From Rhodosorus marinus CCMP1338 (lineage: Eukaryota; Plantae; Rhodophyta): DNA of 64,000 nucleotides. The notes below the pieces were generated by a model. The model saw only the letters and a program-made list of their open reading frames with translations. It had not been told where the DNA came from and ran no database searches. The DNA is taken from contig JAMWBK010000003.1 in the NCBI GenBank assembly GCA_029953675.1, positions 3,286,001 to 3,350,000 of the forward strand, given 5' to 3'. Shown piece after piece: positions 33,481 through 44,339 of this stretch (the first letter of the stretch is position 1; every line of letters begins with the position of its first letter). The translations under genes were made by a program, and so were the position numbers.

Positions 33481-36400
33481 AGTAGCATAGCCTGAAGCGC
33501 TACGCAAGGCGTGAAGATGAACTAATAACTAGGGAGGGAAGTATGCAACCCCAGGCGCCGATGGCGCGCCTCGGAAAGCATGTCGCTGGAATATCGCCAA
33601 AGGGAGACACTTAAACGCCTCAAGAGCGCCAAATATTCAGTAGGATGCTCAGCAAAACATTTCCGCAACCACTCTAAACCCGACTTATCGACGTGACCAA
33701 AGCTTTCCACAATGAATGGCTGGAACCGGTGAGAGCGACCCTCAGCGCAAGGCAGACTGGCCATGCTCTCAGCATACCGTCGTTCCTTAACTCTTCGAAG
33801 GGCTGAAGCCGCGGCGCCCCGGCGGCGGGCGGCTGCGGTGAGGTGGGCGCTGGCCACGGGGCAGGTAATCGCAAGGTCCACATATGTTGAGCGTCTGGCA
33901 GCAGCGTCGGAGACGAGGAGATCGGCTATACAACGGGGCGGTGCAGAGTCCGAGATTGATCTGGGCAGTTCCGACTCAACCTCAACCGTATGCCCTATCC
34001 GAGTCAAAAATTCGCTGAGGATGTACTTGAGGCGAGTGTGACGCCTCGTACGGAGACCTCTCAACAGTCCGCAGGAACCCAGGAAGTGGTAGCCACAAGC
34101 GTCAATCCGGCTCTCACATCCCTGACAGAAAGACGGCCGATTAGAGTGCCACGGAGCCTGTGGCAAACCGAGATAGATCCGTGCGGCAGAACGGAACTGG
34201 AAAGCATCGAGACGATGACTCAATGACGACGGTAGAGTGGTTAACCACAAGTGCGAGAGGTGGCCTCCCATGCCGCGGAGACGAGCGGCAGTGGTAGGCG
34301 GCGTGAGAGGAGAATTGAGCATGACTGTGTGAGCGGCACTGTGTTGGCCCCAGGTGAGGCTATGTTGAATCACATCAGTGCGGGAGCTCCACAATCGGCT
34401 CAAACCCGGGTAGTCTGCAACAGGTGACCCGGGGCTAGCCTCTCCGTCATCGGCAAGAACTCGGTCCAGGGGACAATCCTCAATCGCTTCAGCTCGTCCC
34501 CATAACAGCTCCCACCAGGAACGAAAGCGGGACCGATTTGCGTCCGGCACGGCGTTGCACTTCCTGAACGCGTGTTGAAGACCATCATAAATTGTCAAAA
34601 GCGGGGGCGGCAGGGTCACTGGATCCTCGTTGGTCAAAGCTCGAGCCAAGAGGCAGGCACTTCGCATCTGGAAGGTCACCAACGTTCGCAGCGCGGTAGC
34701 CCAGGAGGCAACCGCCGCTGGCGAGCATACCAGCCCACGGTCTGCGACGCCGAATCCCCCTAATCGCAACGGTAGAGCGATCTGTGCACGAATTAAGTCC
34801 CTGTCGGGAGCAGCTTCAAGATCGAGGGGCTCATCCAAGAGCGTTCCCCAGTGTTGCAGGGTCATTTCGTCGGCTTTAGCCGCGATCCACGAGCCCCAAG
34901 CTGGAGGCAGGCTGCGCAACCAGTAGTTGAGTCTGGGACCGGCACAAAAGCGGGAAAGCAAGCAGGCCGATTGCAGCATGCTGTCGGGTAGGTGCTCAAT
35001 GGCGTCGGTGAGTTGCTTGTGCCGTGCCAAAACTCGCTCGCAGGATGCTTGGACAAACTTGTCAGTCCCCAATCCGACGCCGTGGTGTTCGAACCCTTCA
35101 CGTTCGCTGATTAGTCGCAGAATGGGTGGCAGAGAGTTCAGCGACACGTCCCTCGGGGGGAGAAAGCGACATTTTTCTGTTTCCAAAGTCAAACCGACGC
35201 GACGTGCAATCGCTTCGATCGCGGTCAGTCCCCTAGCCAGGGTGTCAGGGGTGCCCAGCAATGTTACGTCATCGTGGTACGCGCAGATTCGAAGATCCGA
35301 GACCTCAGTCGAAAGACGTAAAAGTACGAGCTGTAGGGCACAGGCATGAAGAAGAGGTCCGCAAGGGTCGCCTTGTTGGACGCCAGTATGTGCTTGAAAA
35401 ACAGTGCCCTCCGTTGTCAAGTAGGGGAGGCTCTCCCCTCCGTAAATACCCGATAGAAACGGCCACGCCTCCGGAAACACACGTCGGAGCACCTCTAGCG
35501 CATGCGTCCGCGACACGCTGTTGAATGCGTTCCGGAAATCAACCACCAAGACTCCCCAATCCGGCCTACTGGCGCGTTCTAGCTCGATCCCATGGGTGAT
35601 CAGTTCGCAACCCCCAGAAAATCCCACCCCTACTTGCAAGGGCGCCATAAAAGCTGTGACGCGCTGGCGAAGGCGCTGGCATAGCCACCTCCCGGCTAAC
35701 TTCCGTAGGCTCTCCACCATCCCGATCGGCCGGAGACGCGGGTGGGCCGGCTGGTGGTCAGGTTTCGTGAGCAAGCAAAGCTGTGCCTGCCGGAGATGTT
35801 CCCATGGCGCAGACGCACCCGATACGCCCTGGAACAACTTGTTAAGGATCCTCAGAAGCGCGCTCTGGCCAGGCTGGCTCAGGGCCTGCAATAACTCTGT
35901 TCTTAGTCCGGAGGGTCCGGGACAGCGTCCCCGACGCGAGGTACGAAGCAAATCCTCCAGGTCAGACTCACTGAGCGTCAGATCGATGCGAAACCTGGCC
36001 AACTCCGGACGGTCCAAGAATACCTCGAATTCAGGGGACAAATCCACGTCGGACTCAGGGAACAAAGACGACACCGTCTGGGCGAGACTATCATCGTAGG
36101 GGAGGACAGGCGCCTGGCCCTCCAAAACCCGCGCCGCTCGACTTAAATCGCCCACTGCTACCAATTTCTGTACTCGAGCTGGCACGGGCGACACTGTGCC
36201 ATGCCGAGTCCGACAGGCGGATGGTGCTGACGACGCCAAATAGCTGCGCTGTAGTACTTCGAAGTCTCCCTTCAAGAACAGGGCCAGTCGGTCTCGTACT
36301 CGCCATCTGCGCTCCGATGTGTGAATGGGGGCCAGAATCAGGCGCGGCATGACCCCCAGAAAAACCCAAATGACTGTGTCCCGAATGTTGCGAGCCAGGC

Positions 36401-37619
36401 TCGTGAAGATGAAATCGAGAATGGTTCCAGCTACTAGAAGGTCTCCACGAGGAAGGACGACTGGGGGAATGCCCCCACGGAGGGGAAGCGAGCCTCCTTC
36501 CAAAGAAATCCACCGCCGGAGCCAACTCCGAAAACGCGTACGCCAAATGCCCCAGTCTCCGCCCTCCTTCAGGACATAACACTGTAGATCCATAGGCTGC
36601 GACCTCGCAGCCGTGCCTGGAGCGCTAATCGTGCTTCTCCCCTTAGACCCGGGGAGTCGGTCCTCGCTCTCTTACCTCCTATCCGCACCAAAGTCGTGAG
36701 CCGCCCACTCCGCGAGGCTCGCGGAACGGATCCCGCGGGCTTCAGCAAAGTAACCTGGGCGTCCTCCACCGCCATGCCCTCAGTCTGCTCCCCTGCCTCA
36801 CCACTCTCGCTGGAAGTAGTGCTGGAAGCAGAGCCCTCCAAAATCCCCACCCGCTGCAGCTCTGTCTTGTAGCGCGAAGTCAGCACAAGTCGCCTCTCCA
36901 GATCGAAGAAATTGGAAACCGCCATGCGCAGGTGACGAGGGCCCGACCGGAACCGCTCCAACAAGATCCTCTCAAGGCGCTGAATCCGTAGCCAATGGAT
37001 CGCTGCCGCCTTCACGCTGCTCTCATGCTCAGAGAGCCCTGCCGTTTCTCCCGGAGACAGGAAATTGCCCGAGAAACGGTCAAAATCGAAGTGCAAAACC
37101 ACCTGCGGGTTGCAGCGCAGCCACCGGGCGCTCTCAGGCCACTGCTCGGTAGGCTTCGCCAGCAAGGCCTCCAGGTACTTGGCGGCGGTTGCGGAGACCA
37201 AAAAGCACATCGCGGCCCTCATAGTTTGCGAAGAAGAAATCACCCCGGCTGCACCCTAACGATTCCGCAAAAGTGTCCCGGAAGTCTCGCATAGACGGAA
37301 CCTGTCCTCGTGTAGTCTGGGGCCGGACATTTCGCACCCACAGAAATTGGAGAGTGGTCTCCACAGGTCCATCCTGAGGCTCGCGAGATGGTATGAAACG
37401 GAGCATAGCCGCCGTACGTGTGGCAGTGGTGCCCTTCCGCAAGACTGATGCGTACGAAGCGCCCCCCTTGCGGCCACCACGTGCCCCCGAAGTAGCCGGG
37501 AGCTGGTGACCACCTGAGGGCTGGTCCAAGAGAGGGAAGTCCACAGCTGCAGTCTCCTCCACACCGGTTGCCGCACAGTCACCACCACCATTGCCTCGAG
37601 TCCCCGAGCGCTGAAGCGC
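33471..37619 (-). mobile_element. Family C element, ORF2 intact (33522..36593, 1023 aa RT-CCHC-RLE) plus 3' half of ORF1
   Basis: RCPGPSGLRTE, RPIGMVESLRK, VDFRNAFN, GVQQGDPCGP, AYHDD, CQGCESRIDACGYHFLGSC, RHTRL, ADLL..YVDLAI, FQPFIVESFG; 3' end GCTATGCTACTAAAGTCC. Confidence 0.95.
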
Positions 37620-37665
37620 TTCAGGCTATTTCTGGACTTTACTAGCTTTTTTTTTTTTTTTTTTT

Positions 37666-37748
37666 TAGTTCATCTTCACGCCTTGCGTAGCGCTTCAGGC
37701 TATTTATAGCATAGCCTGAAGCGCTACGCAAGGCGTGAAGATGAACTA
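37666..37748. repeat. Perfect 38-bp inverted repeat of family C 3' UTR (tail to tail) next to a poly(T) run
   Basis: TAGTTCATCTTCACGCCTTGCGTAGCGCTTCAGGCTAT (37666-37703) and reverse complement (37711-37748), 7-nt loop. Confidence 0.93.
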
Positions 37749-38344
37749 ATAACTAGGGAGGGAAGTATGCAACCCCAGGCGCCGATGGCGCGCCTCGGAA
37801 AGCATATCCAAACTAGCTCGTCCTCCCTCCCCATCAATGACGCACACACAAGCATGCACCAAGATTTCTCTCGCAAGGACGTCATCTCATATGCCTCCGG
37901 ATAGTTATAAGATGACATGTAGAGATGGAATCATATCCGTGGGAAAAAGGGTCCTCTATAATAACATGCACGGTCAGTACTTCCGGGTACCTTTTTGGGA
38001 GACGCAGCTGGCTCCGGCTAATAGGTACGACCACATAGCCTCACTGTAGAGACTTTTCTATGCGTGGAAAACGTGTTCCAACAGGTAAGTGACCAGTAAT
38101 ACCCGAATACCTGTAATACTGAAAACGAAATCAGTTTCGGGGTTTTGCCTTTCGTGCTTTTCGAATTCGAGAAAACGACGCACTGTAAGGCCCGGCTAAA
38201 GATGGAGTAATCGCCCTATGATGTGCAGCGGCGCTATGGGTTTACCACTCGAAGACAGGTGCGACCGAAAAATAGTGCCCAGAAGTATTGAACCACACGT
38301 ATCGGTATAGGGAAAGCACTCGTATTTTCTGAACAATTGTAGAA

Positions 38345-39003
38345 TGACGCTTGTGGCTACCACTTCCTGGGTTCCTGCGGACTGTTGAGAGGTCTCCGTA
38401 CGAGGCGTCACACTCGCCTCAAGTACATCCTCAGCGAATTTTTGACTCGGATAGGGCATACGGTTGAGGTTGAGTCGGAACTGCCCAGATCAATCTCGGA
38501 CTCTGCACCGCCCCGTTGTATAGCCGATCTCCTCGTCTCCGACGCTGCTGCCAGACGCTCAACATATGTGGACCTTGCGATTACCTGCCCCGTGGCCAGC
38601 GCCCACCTCACCGCAGCCGCCCGCCGCCGGGGCGCCGCGGCTTCAGCCCTTCGAAGAGTTAAGGAACGACGGTATGCTGAGAGCATGGCCAGTCTGCCTT
38701 GCGCTGAGGGTCGCTCTCACCGGTTCCAGCCATTCATTGTGGAAAGCTTTGGTCACGTCGATAAGTCGGGTTTAGAGTGGTTGCGGAAATGTTTTGCTGA
38801 GCATCCTACTGAATATTTGGCGCTCTTGAGGCGTTTAAGTGTCTCCCTTTGGCGATATTCCAGCGACATGCTTTCCGAGGCGCGCCATCGGCGCCTGGGG
38901 TTGCATACTTCCCTCCCTAGTTATTAGTTCATCTTCACGCCTTGCGTAGCGCTTCAGGCTATGCTACTAAAGTCCAGTAAAGTCAAGTAAAGTCCAGTCC
39001 AGT
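38345..39003 (+). mobile_element. Family C 3' fragment (RLE) with slipped tail TAAAGTCCAG-TAAAGTCAAG-TAAAGTCCAG-TCCAG
   Basis: ORF 38385..38927 matches the C-terminal 180 aa of 33522..36593. Confidence 0.92.
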
Positions 39004-39267
39004 TCATGGTTTGGTCTAGATGGAAGACGAGTTGTGACCTAGTCTAAGGTTCTAAATTGGCTCGAATGTAGTTGTAGTTAGGGAGACCACGTAGATGAAA
39101 GCGAAGGGACCCTTGTGAGCATCCGAGCGAGACCTACCAGAGGTTGGCCCGAAAGTACGTTGTGGGGGAAATTTCTGAACAGTTTTTTCCGGGAATAGAC
39201 GGTAATGTCGGTAATAAGTTGCTGGTTGCGTTAAAAATCGGCTCTGCGCTAATATATCTATAGGAAC

Positions 39268-39363
39268 GTGCGCCAACATAGCTGTAGGGGAATCGTGCGC
39301 CAACATAGCTGTAGGGGAATCCTGCGCCAACATATCTGTAGGGGAATCCTGCGACAACATATC
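39268..39363. repeat. 27-bp tandem repeat, about 3.5 copies
   Basis: (G/C)TGCGCCAACATA(G/T)CTGTAGGGGAATC. Confidence 0.9.
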
Positions 39364-39699
39364 GACCCCAAAAGGGTAGCAAGACGCTGAAACCTGCTCC
39401 TAGAGCGGATTCTGGCTCAGTGCTTTGAGATCGAGTGAGGGCTCATCATTAGTTTATTCAGAGCCTGACTACCCTGAGAAGCGAGAGACAAGACGATGAT
39501 GGACGCATGCCTACAAAGCAGCATTTGAGCGTCACAGGGTCAAAGAAAGCTCCGTGAGCAGACTAACTAGGCGCCCTGGGTCGTTGCAAGAGAAAGCACG
39601 GGGTCTGTGGCTAGTCGGGTGAAAGCAGTTTGCTTTGGGTGTGCCTCTCTCGATAGGGTTGTTGAACGGAGCCTCGCTTCATTCCAGGCAAGTCAGCGG

Positions 39700-40870
39700 G
39701 AGGGATGGACTGCAGGTGCAATAGACAGGTACATGGGGCTGGTAAGTCGTCGAATGCGGGGGGTTGCTGAAGGTCAAGTCGCCGCTTCGATTGCCTCGCT
39801 CGCGGTCATGATTTGGAGAGGCACGTTTTCGGTAGAGCGGAGGAGACCTCTTGAATGGTTGAGAGATTGAGGCCTGCGGCTTGCACAGTCTTGTCTATTG
39901 GCGTCTTCAGGTGAGGGCAATAGCCCCTGTTGGCCGTCAAGGTTTGCATCCAAGCCGCGTAGAGGAGATGGATTGGATGCGCCTTCGCGTGCAGAAGACC
40001 AGCCACCGTCATCAACAGGGGAGCGCCATCTGTTTCCAGGCCGGGTGGTTGCCATCGGGATCTTCTGCGTTGGTGGTAAGGAAGGTGGGCAATCTCCTTC
40101 GCCAGGACTTCATGTTGGTTCTGAATGCTACGAAGTGTCTGCATCACATATTTTCTCGTCCCGACCGGGATCGAGTGAATGGTTACTCCTTCGCGTGATA
40201 CAAGGACCTGTTCCATATTGCTGGTGGCTAGACGAGGGGATGGAATGTGGTGCCCAAACAATGTGCCTTTTAGAGGTTGGAGCACTACTCCAATTGTAAG
40301 GAACGTCTTCTGACTCCATCGTAGGGCCGCTTTCAGGGATTCCATTGGGCCCACGGGAATAGCCGCAGTAGTGAGCTCCGGACGCCTGGTGTGTAGTGCT
40401 TCGATGAAAGGTGCCAGGGCTAGGGCGTGCAGAGCGGGTCCAAAGGGATCAGCTTGTTGTACTCCCATCGTCGCTTGTTAAAAGAGTCGGTCTGGGTGTA
40501 GGTTGCCATCCGTAGCCTAGGGGCGCCAGCCGAGAAGTGTAGTTGAGTCCTTACAGTCACGGCCATATCCCAGCTGTAGATGGCCGCCAGTTCAGGGTAG
40601 TGGTGGTTGACGAGTTGTTTAGCAATACGCCGATCAATTCGGTTGAACCCATTGGCGAGGACGAGTCGTACGACCACCGATTTTGGCTCAGAATACAGGT
40701 GGGCCTCTATAGCGTGCGGGCACCTTTCGCATCCTCCGCTGACGGCCTAGGACCCACTGTGTTGCGAGTTTCCGGAGGACCTCTGGAACGCCAATAGGTC
40801 GAAAGGCAGGGTTCGTATGTGACGACCCAGTGGTAGAGGCTAACAAACCCCTACCACCACCGCTCGCCTC
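39700..40870 (-). mobile_element. Degenerate family A-like RT remnant
   Basis: RPIGVPEVLRKLATQW, NGFNRIDRRIAKQLV, GVQQADPFGPALHAL, GVTIHSIPVG with stops and frameshifts. Confidence 0.8.
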
Positions 40871-40871
40871 C

Positions 40872-41660
40872 GCGGCATGGGAGGCCATCTATCACCTTTG
40901 TGGTTAACGACCCTGCCTTCGTCACTGGGTCACAGTCTCGATGCCTTTCAGTTCCGCTCGGCCGCACGAATCTATCTGGGCCTGCCACAAGCTCCGTGGC
41001 ACTCTAACCGGCCGTCTTTCTGTCAGGGATGTGAGAGTCGGATCGATGCTTGTGGTAACCACTTCTTAGGTTCATGCGGACTGTTGAGAGGTCTTCGTAC
41101 GAGGCGTCACACTCGCTTCAAGTACATCCTCAGCGAATGTTTGACTCGGGTAGGGCATACGGTTGAGGTGGAATCGGAACTACCCAGATCGGTCTCGGAC
41201 ACGGTACCGCCCCGCTGTATTGCAGATCTCCTCGTCTCCGATGTTGCCGCCAGACGCTCAGCATATGTTGACCTCGCGATTAAATGCCCTGTGCCAAGCG
41301 CCCATCTCACGGCTGCAGCCCGCCGCCGGGGAGCAGCTGCTTCGGCCCTCCGCAGAGTGAAGGAACGACGGTATGCTGAGAGTATGGCCAGCCAGCCTCG
41401 CGCTGAGGGTCGCTCCCACCTTTCATTGTGGAAAGCTTTGGTCACGTGGAGAAGTCGGGTTTGGTGTGGTTGCGGAAATGTTTCACTGAGCATCCTGTTG
41501 AATGCTTGGAACTTTTGCGGCGCTTAAGTGTCTCTCTGTGGCGATATTCGAGCAGCATGCTTGGCGAGGCGCGCAATCGGCGCCTGGGTTTGCACGCTTC
41601 CCTACCTAGTTCTTAGTTCCTTTTGGCGTTTTGCGTAGCGCTTTAGGCTAGGCTAATTAA
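40872..41660 (+). mobile_element. Family C subfamily 3' part (CCHC, RLE), frameshifted
   Basis: CQGCESRIDACGNHFLGSC, RHTRF, YVDLAIKCP. Confidence 0.88.
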
Positions 41661-41934
41661 AGCAACTAAACCAGTATTCTGCACAACGAGTGTGACCGCT
41701 CTTCCCATCTCTCTTCTCTACAAACACCCGCACCCGTTCCGTCCAATTCCTCCTTACCGACTAACAAAAACTCCTGTCAGCGCCACGCTCAGTAGAAGAC
41801 TTTACCGTAGCTGCCCCTCCACCGCGCCCATTCTCATCCACCTACAAGATCTCCAGCAAAGCGGCCTTAACCTCCACATGGAACAAGATGTCCTCCGAAT
41901 CCATATATAGACGATAGCAACCACCTATGAAATA

Positions 41935-43670
41935 TGAATGAATTGTTCAATCGGAGACTGAGAAAAAAACCCCGAGGGGCAAAAAGACTAAGCGCCGCGA
42001 AGGTCGCGCGCTTCCAATAGCAACGCAACGTTCATACGCCACAAATAGAAACTCAAGCGAGTAAACAAAGATTGTAAACGGTCCGGGCGTTCGCGGAATA
42101 TCTCCCGAATCCGACGAGATCCAATGGAGTCTACAAACCCAAAGGATTTGATGATTGGAGGCACCAAGCGGTGTGCAAGAGCCGAAGCACGAACCTCTGG
42201 GGTAGACAGAGCTCTCGCATATTTGGCCTCTTTATGGCTACGCATACTGGCTGCAGCATATCCATGGCGCTCTCCCGCTGCAGGCAGATAACAACTAGCC
42301 TAGGGAGTCGGAACAGCCAGGTCAACGTATGTGGTGCTGCGGCTATCGTCGCAGCTAACTACTAGGTCGGCCACTCTGCGCTCATCGTTTTGGGAGTCGG
42401 CGACAGGCAGGGGCTTCTCACGTTCAATTTCGAGTCCGGCTTGCCGTGCGATGGGCCGAATTTCACGGTATAATAAGCTTATGGAATAAGCGCTCACCAC
42501 CTCTAAGCGCAGCCCCTCGTCTCGAGCGGAAGCAGCATCACGCTTTTCCCCCCTACGCCGGGTAAAATTCGAACTAGTTCAAGCCCGATAATACCGACAC
42601 AAGAGTCCTCTCAACCAGCCCCCTTTCCCTACCGGTCTCTGACGTTCAGCCTCCGATTCAGCTGGCTTGGCTTTATGGCTTTATAAACCAAAAGCCATAA
42701 ATTAAAGCCTCCGATCGTAAGGTTTGCACGCTTCCCTACCTCGGATTGGCTGGATCATCCAACCTAACGGTTTTATTAATTCATCATCATCATTTATTGG
42801 TTCTATTCATTTGTTGGCATCCATTGGCTTTATTGGTTTTATTACCCATGCGCCGATGGCGCCTGGGTTCGCACGCAATTGGCTTTATTAGCATCCATTA
42901 GCATCCAACCTACTCAACCGACATTTCTTCTGAGTACCGTAGTCTCTCAAAAATGAGTATGTTTTACAGAGCGAGATATCCGCTGACAATTCGTTCGACG
43001 ATGTAAACTGCGAAAACTGATGTGACCGTCTAACGACGTTTTGGTAGTCTCGGATTGGCTGTATCCACTTTTCTTCTGGGATCGGATCGTGCAGCTGCAA
43101 CGTCAAAGCAGCGTTGGAGCGTTCATACGCCACAGCAAGAGACTGGGCTGGACTTTTGAATGAATTGTTTAATCGGAGGCTGGAAGAAAAAAAACCGGAG
43201 GGGAAAAAGATACTGAGCGCCACGAAGGTAGTGCGCCTCTAATATCAACGCAGCATTCATACGCCATAACAAGAAACTTCAGGGTGAAGACATTCCGGGC
43301 GTTCGCGGAATATCTCCGAAAGGTTTGCACGATTTCCCTCGTTCTTGTTTGTACCTTTTTTCACGCCTTGCGTAAGGTCAGGCTTTGATAGGAAACTTGA
43401 CAGCAAAGATTCACCCCCCCCAAGGGAGCAATGACCTAACCCCCTGTCGATCTCGCCCTTCGGGAGATATTCTAGCAACATTCATGCCATGGCGTGCCAT
43501 TTGGCCCCTGGGGGGTTTGCACGATTTCCCTCGTTCGTTGTTTGTATTTTTTTTCACGCCTTGCGTACCGTCAGGCTTTGATAGGAAACTTGACATCACA
43601 GATTCACCCCCTCCCCAAGGGAGCAATGACCTAACCCCCTGTCGATGTTCTCCCGACCGAGCGAAACCGG
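41935..43670. mobile_element. Jumble of family D (-) 3' fragments (41935-42480, 43160-43320) and diverged family C-like 3' ends, including a tandem duplication of about 190 bp (43320-43670)
   Basis: Family D 3' UTR TTTAATCGGAGRCTG; TTCACGCCTTGCGTA family C UTR motif; TTGGCTTTA tail-like repeats. Confidence 0.7.
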
Positions 43671-44339
43671 GGCTGGTCTATCGTAAGAAATCCATCTAAC
43701 ATCGCCATTTTCCTCCTCCCCCCCCTACTCCCTCGCGACGAAAATGCAGGAAAATCCAGAGCGCCAAAAGTCGAATTTTTGGGTCAAAAGGTTGCGTACA
43801 AAAAAAATGTACGCGAATACGGAATACCGTAAAAAAAAACGGAATGGTCGGGCCCCAAAAGTTGGTTGTTCGGAGAGAGGTGGTGTGAGGAGGGTTTTGG
43901 GGTTTTCGGGGATTGGGGAGGGTGGTGGTTTTTCTTTGGTTTGGTTGGTGTCCAAAAAAAGAGAATCTGTTTTGAGGGGAGATTTTTATTTTATTTTTTT
44001 TTTGGGGGGGAGCGGGAGGGGGTGGATCCAGCCGAGCGCTACCAGAAGGTCTTTCCTGTGTTGTAGCGAATTTTTCCACTCGAGTACAAAGGAGGAGAGA
44101 CGTTGGCGATTCTCGGGGGATGGTGCCGGAGGGGCAGGAGGGGGGAGACGGGGGAGTGTGGGGTAGTTTTCCTACTTGAACGAAGCGCGGGGGGCTTAGA
44201 GGGCGAGGAGAGAAGTGGGGGAGAGGGAAGCGACTACTAGTCGGGGTGGGTGTTTTTTATTTTTTTAATTCTGTGCGGTTGTGTGGTGGTCTAGTCTGGG
44301 TTTGGAGCTCGCCGTCTTTGGTTCTGTGGAATCGGCGAA

